64,000 bases of DNA, taken from positions 11,222,001 through 11,286,000 of the forward strand of contig JAWMAR010000023.1 of NCBI GenBank assembly GCA_036785375.1, written 5' to 3'. The notes under the pieces are model-generated. The model made no database searches. It was given only the letters and a program-made list of their open reading frames with translations, and was not told the origin of the DNA. Numbering within the stretch: position 1 is the first letter of the stretch; every line of letters starts with the position of its first letter. Shown here piece after piece: positions 41,901 to 56,300 of this stretch. The stretch comes from Leucoraja ocellata. Lineage: Eukaryota. The translations under genes and the position numbers were made by a program.

Positions 41901-44900
41901 AGGCCAGCAGCATAATCAAGGACGAGTCCCACCCCGGCCACTCCCTCTTCTCCCCTCTCCCATCAGGCAAGAGCTACAGAAGTGTGACAATGCACACCTC
42001 CAGATTCAGGGACAGTTGCTTCCCAGCTGTTATCAGGCAACTGAACCATCCTACCAACAACTGGAGAGCGATCCTGAGCTACTATCTACCTCATTGGGAC
42101 CCTCAGACTAGCTGTGGACATTACTGGACTTTATCTTGCACTAAACGTTATTCCCTTTATCATGTATCTGTACACTGTGGATGCCTGAATTGTAATTGTG
42201 TATAGTCTTTCCGCTGACTAGCTAGCACGCAACAAAAACCTTTCAATGTATCTCGGTACACGTGACAATAAACTGAACCTTCAGCGCCCATGAAAATGGT
42301 AGTTTGGCAGCTGGGAGCCCTGCAGGCAGATGCTATTAAGGAACATGTTAGAATGTGACTGTGCGTGACTCAGGATGCAAATCATCCTGCTGAGGTTTCA
42401 CCAGTTCATCATTTTTCTTTTGGAGGGTCAAGTTAAACATAAACTCCGACGTTATTGCTGAATCACATCTTACAGGTGGCACTTTTTCTTATTAATAAGA
42501 GACACATTCAGTTTTCAGGATTGAACATCGCTGGCAAGGCCAGCATACATTGGCCATCCCTAATTACCCGGGGTAATTTAGTGTTGTGAGCCACGTTGCT
42601 GCAATCATTCACGTGAACATAAGGATTGGCAGATTCCTTGGCCTCTGTAAATTGCCTGTGTGCTGTGGAGGTGAAAGGAGGTAATGTAGAACCAGTGTGT
42701 GCGGAGGATCAATGGTCGGCATGGACTCGGTGTGCCGATTTCCATGCTCTATCTTTCAATCAATCAATCAATCAACCAACACTCCAACTGTGTTGTTGAG
42801 TGGACCTTCCAGAGTTTAGACCCCAGTAATGATGAATATATTTCCGCATCAGTATGTGCAGGGGATCTTCTAAGTTGCGATATTTCCATAAGCTTGCTGC
42901 TCCAGCCCTACTTGGCAATATGGGTTGTGCATTTGCGGGGTGCTTAGTGACCTTGTTGAGTAAACTCGATGCGTTTTTGCAAATGGTACACACTACCACC
43001 ATTGTGCGCTGCAGGTGGTGGGAAAGAATATTTAGGGTGATGAATGGCTTTTGGGTGGAGGGAGACTTGGGGACTAATCCGGTAGACAGTTTCAAGGTGA
43101 ATTGTGTGAGCTTCTTGAGAGTTGAAGGAGCTGCACACATCCAGACCAGCACAGTGTATTCCATCATGCTCCTCACTTGTCCTTAGAGATTGTGGGAAGG
43201 CTTTGAGCTGTCAGATGAGTAACCCGCCAGTGGATAGCCAGACTCTGACCTATGCTTGTGGCCACAGCATTGAAATGACTGGTCCAGATGAGTTTCCAGA
43301 CAATGATGATTCCCAGGCTATTGTCTGTAAGTGCAGGATCATTTATAACTGCATTAAAAACAAACAACAATATCATTGAATGTTGAGGAAGGTTGGAAAT
43401 TGTAATTATTTGGAACTTGAATGGCACTGTTGTTACTATCCACTTGTCACCCCTTGCCTGTATGTTGCCTGTCTTGCTGGGTATTTGTTAGATCAAGTTA
43501 TTTTGTAAAGTATTCTAATAAACATATACATTATTTAAAATTAATTGGATTGTAAAAATATTAGACAAAATTAATTTAATAAACTAATGTTAATCAAATA
43601 TTTATCAGGATTCTTTGAGATGAGAATCTATGGTGAGAATTGAGATATATTTGTAACCACCAACGCGAGGATCATTAGCATGGGATTACATTTCTGTAAC
43701 CAAATGAAGGTGGTGACTTTTAATGATAAAATTAAACACTTGAAATTGTGTCCCTTAATCCAGCCTAACCAATGCAGGACTGTTGTGGGAATAGCAAGGA
43801 GCTGGCTTCATAGTGCAGTTAAACTATTTGGCAAAACAAATGCAGACATTGCACTGGTGTGGAAGGAATATCAAACTTTACGAGCATGCTACAAACCATA
43901 TAGCTATGTTTGTGTGTGTTTATAAACATGGTGTGCACATCTTGGCTTCTACTACACTCAGCTGGCAAGCTTGGCGTTACTAACTTGCAAACGTGTGATT
44001 TCTGTAAAGACTTTTCCAGACCCAGCTCTGAGCTCACACACTCTGCTGGAATGAGTACTGATGCACAGCAGTTATTCCTTTCACCCGAAAAATCACTTGA
44101 TGAAAGGTGCCTTTTGCTTTCAACAATCATGGCCCCCTTGTCATAACTGATAACAATATACAATTTCAATGTTTACAGTAATAAAGAACATATATAGTTC
44201 ATATTTTAAACAAAAATCAGAATGTGGCTATTTGTGATAGACACAAAATGCTGGAGTAACTCAGGTAGACACAAAGTGATGGACTAACTCAGTGGGTCAG
44301 GCAGCATCTCTGGAGAAAAGGAATGGGTGAAGTTTCAGGATGAGACTCTTCTTCACAACTACATACACTGACGTGAAAACAACCATATGAACAAAACAAT
44401 TGGATAATTACCTAAGAATGGGCTTGGTCCTGAAGAAGCACAAGATGAAAAGAGAAAGAATCATTTTGCACCATAAAGAACAATGAACAGAAAAGCAACG
44501 TATCTATTTGATGCTCATGTACAGTACACTAAATAGCTCTTGAAATTGTTTCCTGTCCTATAGTCCTGATCTGCTCAGTGAAACTAAACAGCAAACCTCA
44601 CGTTTGAGACAAATTGCAATTGGGTACATCATGACGGGGACCACTGATTATATTAAATATTGATACTTGATCCTGGAATGCTTATTCGCAATGTTTCGCA
44701 AACTAGTTTTAAATGAAAATCAAAGTAAATCTGGAAGGTTTCATGTACATCTTTGTAAGTGGATTCATCACCAGATTCAGAAAAAATACATTCGCCTCAG
44801 TTTAAAAAAAGCAAGGGAGGACATTGCAGGGTGTTGGAAGAAACTGCAGATGCTGGTTTAAACTGGATAGCGATGGAGTAACTCAGTGGGACAGGCAGCA

Positions 44901-47292
44901 TCTCTGGAGAGAAAATATGGGTGATGTTTCAGGTCAAACCCTTTCTTCAGAAATTGCACAGGGTTCTGATAATCATTTGTTGATCATCCCTTGCTGCAGG
45001 AATGGTGTTGGGTGTGAGTTTGCTTAAAAAAAACAATGAAGAGATAACAAATAATTACAGACCAGTTTGTCCAACAAGTGGTGAGCAAATTACTGCAATC
45101 AATCCTGAGGGGCAGTGTAAACCCTCGTACGAGATGTTTTCTTTATTAGCCCAGCAATAGATAAAAGGACCAGGGAGGTCTATGCTAGAACTATACACAA
45201 CTCTTGTTTGTACCTTGTACCCTGTGGTCATTACTCCCGAAGAGTCCACCAGGGACTATACTATGACCATAGCTTTAGAAATGTGTAGAGTTCCGATCAT
45301 CAAATATTACACTGGAGATGGTGCAGAGGACATTTATGAGCATGTTGCCAGGATTACATGTTTTAGCTGAGAAGAAAGATTAGGGTAGAACGGTTGACTT
45401 TGGAACAGGGGAGGTTGATTGGAGATTAATTTTGTTGTATAAAAATAGAAGAGCCCTGGATAACGGCAATAAACAAGGAATGTAGACAAAAATGCTGGAG
45501 AAACTCAGCGGGTGCAGCAGCATCTATGGAGCGAAGGAAATAGGCAACGTTTCAGCCCGAAACGTTGCCTATTTCCTTCGCTCCATAGATGCTGCTGCAC
45601 CCGCTGAGTTTCTCCAGCATTTTTGTCTACCTTCGATTTTCCAGCATCAGCAGTTCCTTCTTAAACAATAAACAAGGAATCATGGCCGGCACAGAAATTG
45701 TGGGCCAAAGGGCCAGTCCCTGTGCTGTACTGCATTTAAAGTCATTTACAGAAAGATAAGGAAGAAAGAGAGGATTTTTTTTTCCACTCGGATATGTTAG
45801 AGGTTGGGAACTCAATGTCAGAAAGGGGCATAATGGCAGAAATCCTCACCTCAGCAAAAAGTGCTTATGTTTACACCAGAAGTGCTGTAATCTGCAAGGC
45901 TACCAATCAAGTGTGGGACATTGGGCACTGTTCTGATTGGCATGTCAAATGGCAACCTGCTCTGTTGTAAATCTCCTATGATTCTATGTATTCAGAGTTA
46001 CATGGCAAAGGAAAAATAGAGCCAGCATCTTTTTATGTAGCTTGCCATCTGTGAAGTAACTGAAATAAAACACTGACAGCAAGTTGGACTGCTCTTTTTC
46101 CAGTTGGCTAAAACAGTCTCTATCATCACATACAATACAAGGCAGCCTCTGTACATTCTTGTACAAGTCAAGAGAGGTCCAAATGTTCTAGAGGATGTGC
46201 ATCATCTGGAGACATAAGAGTGTACTGGAATCTAGAGCAATAAATCTGCTGGAGAACATCTCGAGTGGCAGACTTGGGGGGGGAGGGGGAAATAGGATTG
46301 CCATCATTTTGGGTCAAAACCTTGCATCAGAAAAGACAGTGGAGAGGGGAGATAGCCAGTGTAAAAAGGAGACAATTGTTGAGACAAGGTCATTGAAATG
46401 GCTCACTCAGGATAGGCACTGTGGACAGGGTGTAGCTACTCTGAAAACAGGTCGCCTTTTTGAGGAGGCTACATCGGTAGGTTGGAAAACTGGATTGGTA
46501 CATAACCATGTAATGTGCGCAAAGGAATAAGTGACCTTCAATGCAGCTCACACAATGGGATAAACTTTCCGAATTGAAGTCAAGTTTCAGCTGAGACAGA
46601 AAGACTCTTGGTTCGAAGATAAATAAAGTTTACACTTCACATTTTCCTTCTGGCTGGCACTTGGGAGACCTTAATCAATGGCTTGCTTTGCACCCTTTGT
46701 TTTTGACCCCTCCCACATGTCTGACTAGCAGGAGGGGAAGGGTCTGGGAAATTAATAGACAATAGACAATAGGTGCACGAGTAGGCCATTCGGCCCTTCG
46801 AGCCAGCACCGCCATTCAATGTGATCATGGCTGATCATCCCCAATCAGTGCCCCGTTCCTGCCTTCTCCCCATATCCCCTGACTCCGCTATTTTTAAGAG
46901 CCCTATCGAGCTCTCTCTTGAAAGCATCCAAAGAACCTGCCTCCACCGCCCTCTGAGGCAGAGAATTAACATCATTACTTGGGCACAAAATACTTGAAGT
47001 AAACTACTAAACACTGACTGAGAGAGTGAAATGTACAAAAATACATTGGCACGACAATGGACAATGTACCCCTAAGTCTGACTAATAAACAGAAACGGTA
47101 TAGATAAGAAAATATAAGACAACAGTCAATTGCTTTTTGTTGGTATGTTACACTATATCTTATCTGTTAAAAATATATATTTTTCACTTCTTCCCACTGT
47201 CAGGTGCAGTACCTCTGGCATATATCTGCCGCTCTAGGTTGGTCAGGCTGGCAGTGCTTCTAGTTCTAAGGTAGGCAAGAGGGCTGTCTGAC

Positions 47293-47325
<33 letters not shown>

Positions 47326-50300
47326 GAAAGAAAGGTTGAGTTAGAAAGTAAACCGTGAAGGTTATTCCTCCTTAGATTGAGAAATGTAATGACCAATAAA
47401 TATGGGTACAATGATGATAGGTATAAAATAATGCTGCATTTTAAATGTTATACAAAGTCTATACAGATAACCCTCATTATGAAAGGACCATGGGGTAGTG
47501 AGAGGGGTATGATGTCCATTATTGCTGATTGTCTGCTATAACCGAGTAAGGGAGGTAATGAGTTAATTACATATACCACGTGCTTTTTAACAGCTAATAC
47601 TAAAGGCAGTCTGTTGCATTGTTTATAGCGTCTCATTGCATTAGTGTCAATCGAAGCAATTGCTTGTCAATTTGAACGGGCCCCCGCAATGTAACTAGCA
47701 GCCCGTGTACTTAAAGAGAGCGTGGTGTCCGATTACTGTGGGCACGCTCCGTCCACTGTAACCAAAATCCATAATAATGAGGGTATACTATTATTAAGTG
47801 TCTATTGGTGATTTTTAGGCAGTAATTTTAATTTACTTCTTCTTAAGTTTGGGTCTCATCAGTCATTTAACTAGTACAAAAATGATTGTATTTGCATATT
47901 GCTTGTCACTAATGCAGATTTTACTTCCCGATGTCAACCTGGATTTAGCAATAATCAAAGCACTCATTCGACACGTTCAAAGTAATAAAAACTCCCTAAA
48001 ACTCATTGGCATTTTACAAACCATGTTGAACTGCATCTGCTTTGTATTAAAGAATGAACAGTTTTGCTTAACGACTACTTCAGTATTGCATGCTGAAGCA
48101 TTCTAAATCATCTTTATATTACTGACAGAAGAAGGGAAACCTTGTTTAATATGTTTGTCTTTTAAATGGAGATAATAACATATTTTAAAGTAAATATTTC
48201 ATTCATATGGACCACCAGGCAGGCCAAAATGGTGATGAAAACTATAGGGACTGACTGGCACATGACTCTCAGTTTGGACAGCATAATATTAAAGTTGCCT
48301 GAGAGGCCATCTGGGAAACTATCGCACAGGATGGGAATATATAGAGTAACAACAAAATAAGTTATTATTTTCCTCATTAGAAAAAGTGCTTTGTAGAACT
48401 TTGCAAAGTGGCACAAATGTAACTGTTCGCCAGAAGCTCATCAGTGAAATGTTTCGAAAAGTCAAAGTTAATTCATTGTAGTTTAATAGGTGAATCAACA
48501 GGCTTTTTACTGCATAACCTGCACAGCTTAAGAAGGGGCATCATGCACCTTTTATTTGAGACAGATTTATAGGGATGAATAATGACACTTGGTAATGTTC
48601 CTTAGCTTAGCAGTGGGACATGTCATTGGAGAATAATTTATCCTAATAGCTTAGTATTAATAAAATGAATAATTTCTCATGTGAGTAGACAAAAGTGCTG
48701 GAGAAACTCAGCGGGTGCAGCAGCGTCTATGGAGCGAAGGAGATAGGCAACGTTTTCTTCGCTCCATGCAAAGAGTTGAACAATCACCACTATAGGAAAT
48801 AGGTAACGTTTCGGGCCGAAACCCAAGGGTTTCGGCCCGAAACGTTGCCTATTTCCTTCGCCCCATAGATGCTGCTGCACCCGCTGAGTTTCTCCAGCAC
48901 TTTTGTCTACCTTCGATTTTCCAGCATCTGCTGTTCCTTCTTAAACAATTTCTCACGTGAAATTAAAAAGATTTGGTAACATACTTGAAATTTGTGTAAC
49001 TGAGGAGAGGTTGTAACAGAACTGTAATGCATTTCCTATCAGAAAACTCCACTCCAAAAGGGCACATCTGGGATTTAATACGATACGATACCACCACTTT
49101 ATTTATCTCAGAGGGTAATTGGTCTGCCACCAGTCAAAAGATACAGTTACAAGGCATTGGGAGTGCCATGTGCATTATAATAATGAGATTTAAGTGACCA
49201 GTTATTGCACAGCACATATGCAATATTGCACTAACATGAAATTAAATTCTCATGGAAACAACCAGGATGAGGGATGTGCATAAGGGTCAGTCTACCCTAC
49301 GACAGAAGTGTGAGGAGTTGTACAGTTTGATAACCACAGGGAAATAGGATCACCTGTGGCGTTCACCTTGGTGGGACCAGTCTGTTGCTGAAGGTGCTCC
49401 TCAGGTTGACCAGTGTGTCACGGAGGGGTACAATACACATTTTATACAAAATGGCTTCATTAGCTTTTAATTCATAGAGTCATACAGCATGGAAACAGGC
49501 TCTTTGGCCCAACTTGTCCATGCCGACCAAGATGCCCCTTCCAAGCTGGTCCCATTTGCCCAGCTTTGGCCCATGCCCAACGACACAAAACGGTCTCTTC
49601 GATAGTCCTTTCTTAAACTGCTCCAGTTCATATTGGAAACTTTCCTGCTGTTGCAGGGGTCTGATGTTGACATATTGAGTACAAATAGCAGAAAGAGGCA
49701 GCATTCATGGTGACTCAGAAATGAAAAACTCCCAAGACTTTGTTTTTAAAATAACTAATAATTAATAACAGATTTTGAACTCTTGACATTGTTAACAAAT
49801 TTTAGAAATTTAATAATTTGAAACTATATCTAACAAAATCTAGCTATCACGCAGTATGAATAATTCCCACCGCTCTTTGGAGTTGATTGAAACATCAGTT
49901 GGTCATTGGGATGTAGATGTTTCTGACCCACATTTCCATCTAGTGAGCTTTTGTCCATGAGAACAGCCTGTTGCATTTGCTGCTTTAACCATTCAATACA
50001 TGTTATATCTTCAACTGGGAGCTTGCAACCTTCAATCATGAGCCCATGGTCACTTTGTCAAGATGACATGGCATTATGTAGAAATAAGGAACTGCAGATG
50101 CTGGTTTACACCAAAGGACACAAAGTGCTGGAGTAACACAGCAGGTCAAGCAGCATCTCTGGTGATCATGGATAGGTGAACATGGATAGGTTGGGACCCT
50201 TGACATGATGACTTGGCATCATGTTCGGCAGGGACATGGTGGGCCAAAGGACTTGTTCTACTTTTAGGTGCACTTTCAGAGCCGATAATTTAAGCAAGAC

Positions 50301-53300
50301 TGCTAAATTCAATTTTCTGATAGACTTTTATTACCTTTAACAATGGAAGAAAGTGTCCTACACTTTTTTATATTAAGTACTTACTTTGTCCGAGTAATGG
50401 ATCGACATACATTCCAGTCCTCCACTGAGATGTTTCTGAACTCTCACTTTCTTCCTTACAGTAGTCAGCAATCCAAGAGGCTTTTGTCCTTTTGCACTGC
50501 TCTATAAAAAACAAATAGAACAGTAAAATGAAAGGGATTGGGTTGGGTTGGAAATTATACTTTTGGAATAATGAACATTTAACATCTGTGGAGAGACACT
50601 TTATTCAGAATTCTTCCTCCTTCAAACCAGCCACTAAAGAGAATATGAGAGCAAGGATACCAACTGAAATGTATAAGTGTAATAGAGATGTAAAGAAGCA
50701 GATTTCACATTTCACTGCTGTACATCCATTCACAATAACTTTTCTGTACATCTCTCGTATAAACTAATGGTTGGCATTGGTTACAAAGTTCCAGCCAGCA
50801 TAAATCTCCAGTAATTTTCACAGACCAACAGGTAATCCTCAAGTTAACAGCTAACACAATGCCTGCACTAAGCTCTGCCGACCTGTTACTACTGAAGATT
50901 CCTTACCCATCAGGACAGATGTAATGTTGATGTCAAGCCGCTGTTTTGCTTGGAGATCCAACTTAAGTCGAGGTGGGTGAAGACGGCTAGCTGCTTGCTG
51001 CTGCCAACTCAGGAACGTTGTCCAAGGTTCTGCAAAAGGCTCCCACCCTAGTGTAAAAATATAGGGGACATTCAAGGCAGCCAAATTATGAAAAGCATAC
51101 AAACTACACCAAAGCAATTGATCTAAAGTTTGTGAAGGATTTGATACTGAACAGATAAGAGCTTTGCACCATCACATTCTTGCTTGTTACCTCGTCAACA
51201 GACTGTAATTAAATTGGTCTATTAGCAATATCCTGAATATTGTATCAGGGAGAGTTGGTCCATTTACACTTGTGATGTGTTGGTATATGTGTCACTACTG
51301 GCTGGTAAGATCCCCTGACAACATTTGAAATTCAAATTTTGTATTTTGTCAGAACTGGACTAGGGAGGCTAACCCCAAGTGCTAATCGTTTTGTTCATAT
51401 AATTCTTTAAAAGATTGCATTGGAAACTTTGAACTGATTTAGAAAAGAGCAAAACCAAACAATAATTAATTTCATGACGATTTTTCTTTGCTGAAACCCA
51501 ATACTGGTACTTTGGCCCTTGTAATATCTCCGTTCTTCTGAAAGACCTCCAAATCCTATCGTTTAATTGTGTTATTAAAACTCAAGATTCAAAAACTATT
51601 TTACTTTATTCATGGGATGTCAACGTGTTTTTGTCCTGCCAATAATTACCCCTTGGATTGGGGATTAGTAATTCATGTCAGGGGGCAAGTAAGATTGGAT
51701 AATTTCATTCACAGAGGACATCAACAAGCCAGATTTTTATCTTCTTTTATGATCACCCTGTATGCTCATTGAGATCATAACTGAATTACTTGAATTTAAA
51801 TTCACCAATTCCAATTCATGTCTCTGGATCAAATGTAAGGTGTCAAAGTACTAAATACTAGTCTGGTAATTTAACCCCTGCCAAGGAAGCTTGTTGCATG
51901 TTGTATAGAGTACGATGTACTTTATGCAACATGCAACTCGATGCAGTTGCTGATAATACTACGTTTTGCTGCTGCAAGTTAGAATTTCACTGTTCCGTTT
52001 CAGGACAAATGACAATAAAACTTGACTTGACTCTTTTCAAAAACTGCACAATAATCAGAGCTTGTCACCTTGGTACAAGCTATGAATCAGAGCAAAGATT
52101 TCCATATTTCAAATCCACACCTCTTTGGTCCTTGCCTGGCCAAAGCTGAAAATGGAACTGGATGCAGTTGAATGTTCCTGAGATTTAACTGAGCCGATGT
52201 GTGCGTGAACTCTATGCCTAACTGCAGCTTGCAGGACAAGCATGCTTTCCTGGATGCCAATGCAAGAGCACGAGGTTTTCACAATAACTTGGCCAGGAAG
52301 TTAAATACTGATACATTGGAGACCTGATTGGCAAAATAAAGTTTAAAGTAAACCTGAGGCCTTACAGCTTATCATAAATTTTAAAAGAATTAAGAAATAA
52401 CAGTATACATTATTGGATTTCTGCAACAAATCTGGAATCAAAATGCCCTCAATTTCAAATTCCTCAGCAATATAATCTAGAAATAATTCATTGAGTACAG
52501 AAAAGCTTTTATTGAAATAATAAATCAAACAACACTGCTACTCTGTTCTTTGTGCGGAGATTTGGCTACTGCTGAAAGATCTTGTTGTCTGTGTAAGGAC
52601 ATAAAGTCTTTGGTGTTGGAAAATCCTATCCAGCAGTCTGTTCGCTAATAAGCCACGTCAGCCAGAAAATCAAAAGAGCGCACATAAAACCCTTCAGGTC
52701 CCATGTCCCAGTGTATTGTAATTTAAATTATTCGGATGAACGGGGGGGGGGGGGGGGGCTCCATGGACGTTCTTTAAAAAAAACAAAAGCTGTCACAACA
52801 CCAGCACCAGAGGGTTTTAATATCTTTGTTCCCCATCAATTACAAAATTGCAACGATTTTGAAAACCAAATTAAAAATGTGCCTGCTTTTTAAGTTTTGA
52901 GCATTGGCAGTAGTTCCCATCACTACATCCAATGATGTGCAGTCACGAGGACAAGAATACTGCGGATGCTGGAAAAATCGAAGGTAGACAAAAATGCTGG
53001 AGAAACTCAGCAGGTGAGGAAGCATCTATGGAGCGAAGGAATAGGTGACGTTTCGGGTCTCGACCCGAAACGTCACCTATTCCTTCGCTCCACAGATGCT
53101 GCCTCACCCGCTGAGTTTCTCCAGCATTTTTGTCTACCTTCAACACTCAGAAGTAACTGTTTAATGTTTGAGTACTCAGGAAAGCATGCCTACAGTTGAC
53201 CTACAATACATTCAAGCAACAGCAAAAATCCAGCTTTTCAATGTTGAATACAAGCATTGTAAGCTAAAACAGAAGAATGAGCCAAGAATGCACAGCAGGT

Positions 53301-56300
53301 CAGTCTGCATTTGAAGCAGAGCATGCAGTTTACTGGTTTGAATATAACATTTTCAAGAGCACTTGAATTTCTGTGAAAAACTACCCAAAGCTGAATTGGC
53401 ACGGATCGCAATGGACAGGCTGTGCATTTCCAACTATTTCTGCTTTGCCTCAGATGTTCAATATTTGCAAATTTTTCTAACATCATGTGTACAGCATTAA
53501 ACACAGGTGATGATGTGGCACATAACCACTCTCAAATAATACTAGATATTAGCCCCATCTAGTGGTTATTACAGTGGAATATTGTTCTGTCATTCAAATA
53601 TTTCAATGTAATAAATGCTAGGGCATAACATACTGCCTAAGGGGGTTTTCCTGGTGGACCATTTGTCCCACAGCAGTGGGAAAAGTGTGTTTGCATTATT
53701 GAAGCTCATTGAGCTTCTAAACGCGTCTTTTCCCATTTACAGCCTTAAGGATTATCATTAAGGTGTTTTCCATGTAAAGGCAAAATAAATATATCTAGCA
53801 AAGATAAAAGTTATTCATGTGTTAGACACACAATGCTGGAGTAACTCAGCGAGACAGGCAGCATCTCCGGATAGAATGAATGGGCAACGTTTCGGGTTGA
53901 GACCGTTCGAGAGGTCTCGACCCGAAACATTACCCATTCCTTCTCTCCAGTGATGCTGCCTGTCCCGCTGAGTTACTCCAGCATTGTGTGTCTATCTTCG
54001 GTGTTAGCCAATTGTCTCACTTTTTCTAGTCTACAGAATTGTTACTTCACTCGGTTAGTGTCTTAACCTCCCCTATCCACTCATTGCAAATTTCCAGGGT
54101 TATATCAGCCATCCCACATTTTCCATTTTGGGACCAGACCAGGTAGGTGGGTCCTGCCACAACTTTACATTGAAGATACTTGGTACGTGGTGTAACAGCA
54201 CGCATATTCATTCAAAGTTATTACCTGAAGTATACAGTGCTTTCTATTTTTAATTAATAAGATCTTACCTGACAACTCACGGTTGTAATAATCTCCAGAA
54301 AGAGTAAAATTAGCCGACCCCTCTGGATTTGATCCCACTCTCTGCAGGAAGTATAATCCTAAATAAAGAAAATAATCCGCTTTAAGGGCCTATCCCACTT
54401 ACTCGATTTTTTCGGCGACTTCCCGGTACCCATCATAGTCATAAACAGGTCGCCAAAAATGTTCAACATGTTTAAAATCCAGCAGCGATCAGAAAAAGGT
54501 ACGACTCTTTGGGCGACTACTCACGACCATACAGGCGTCACCCCGCAGTCGCGGGGTGAAGCCTGTATGGTCGTGAGTAGTCGCCCAAAGAGTCGTACCT
54601 TTTTCTGGTCGCCGCTGGATTTTCAACATGTTGAAAATTTCCGGAGACCTGCTGCAACTATGACGGGTGCCGGCAAGTCGCCGAAAAAAATTGCGTAAGT
54701 GGGACAGGCCCTTTAAGCACCTGAATATGAAACGGTCCTGCTTCAATGATCAATAAAAACATGCTTAATAGATGAAACCCCTTCTATAGTTGCTCTAGAA
54801 TTGTGCGTTCCATAGCCATCTGCTCTCAATCCCAGAAATTGGGATTATCTTTTGTCCTCAACACACAAATTCCCCTTCAGTAATTTCTAAATCACATTGC
54901 TGCTAACTGTATTTTGGTGTACTGCAACAAAATTGATGGATGGTTTGGGTCCAGTTATACCTTGAGCTGTGGCAAAAGTATGATTTAACGAACTCTTGAT
55001 CCAATTACTATTTCTACACACATATCAGCAAATCTATCCATAATGTTGTAAACTTTTAACAAGTTGAAATCCATCTTTAACTAAGTTTGGTGTAATGAGA
55101 TGACTATGGAGGCTGGTGGGGTTGAAGGCGAGGACAACACTGTAAGAGAGGGAGTGTAGAGGAAGAGCAGGTGTGTAGGAAGCAGAGAGGGTTGATAACC
55201 CTCACCAACCATGGTCAAATGGAAGCCATGGTTCAAGACAAATGAATCTGTTTTAAACGGACTGGTCAACAGAACTGTTGGAGTTGAGACGGAGAAAGTG
55301 AGAAAATGGAATCGAGTTCTTGCAGGAAGCTCGTTTTCACCTCGATGGGTTAGTATTGAATCAGACAGTGACTTTTCCAACTTGTCTATTAAGGAAGCTG
55401 GGTCATTTTTAACAGTGTTGTTCAAGTAACCTACTTGAAAAGGTAAGTTCAGCAAGAGGTACATCACAATCCATGCAGTCATCGATCAAGCAGATACAGA
55501 TGCTCTCAGCTTTCACCTCGACCCCGGAGATAAGCAATGCTGCACCTGCTTCACCATCACTGCTGATCGCTGCTGCACCTGCCGACACGGGCTCAGCGTT
55601 CTTAAACAACCACATGGCTGCCTGATTCAGCTGGCCTGCACCGTTAGAAACAAACAGGAATTAAATTATTAAATATGTTCAGTAGCTCCGTTTATAACAA
55701 ACAATAAAATGCTGTGGAATCAAAGTGCTACCAATGCAGGTTATTATTTAAATTTGCAGCAAGCACACTGGACAATGAGCAGGAAGCATGAATATTGGCT
55801 GATTTGGTTCGACCATTCCATGGATTGAAATTGGTGCGGCATAGGCAAGCAATAAACAAAGAACTTCTGGTGTGAACTACTAAAGTTAGGCAATTCATCA
55901 TCTTTAAAGGGAATAGGATGCAAAGGCATTCTAACTTCCATAATTCTCAATAGACTGAAGGATCCAGAAACCACAAGTTTATACATGTGTCAAAATATCA
56001 ATCTGAATAAGAATGTTTCAAACAAGAGATATACGAGGAGAGACACACAACAAGCTGGAGTAACTCAGCGGGACAAAACCAGCAATCAAAATTAATTTGA
56101 ATTAATGCCACATTTTGATTGTAACTAAAGGAATGTCCACAGAATGAATTTCCGTGTTAAAGGAGAAATGTGTAGAGAACTTTCTCTCTTCAAACCAGAG
56201 CAGAAGAAGTGATATCTAAAGTGAAGCAGAAGAATTCACTTTCACTCCATCTTTTCCCGATGTAGTAAGAAGCCAACAACTATACAAGAAGGGGCCGTGT

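Noticed and set aside
43819-44169. 116-aa minus-strand ORF as a possible extra VPS13D exon
   Set aside because: The plausible acceptor gives a stop in the required phase, there is no good donor, and the protein is already contiguous without it.
47676-47765. Two hairpins as an H/ACA snoRNA
   Set aside because: The hairpins are too short and there is no ANANNA hinge or properly placed ACA box.
55081-55434. Long stop-free minus frame continuing past the exon ~36 donor
   Set aside because: It is in a different frame from VPS13D; the in-frame read-through stops after a few codons and the peptide is not recognisable.
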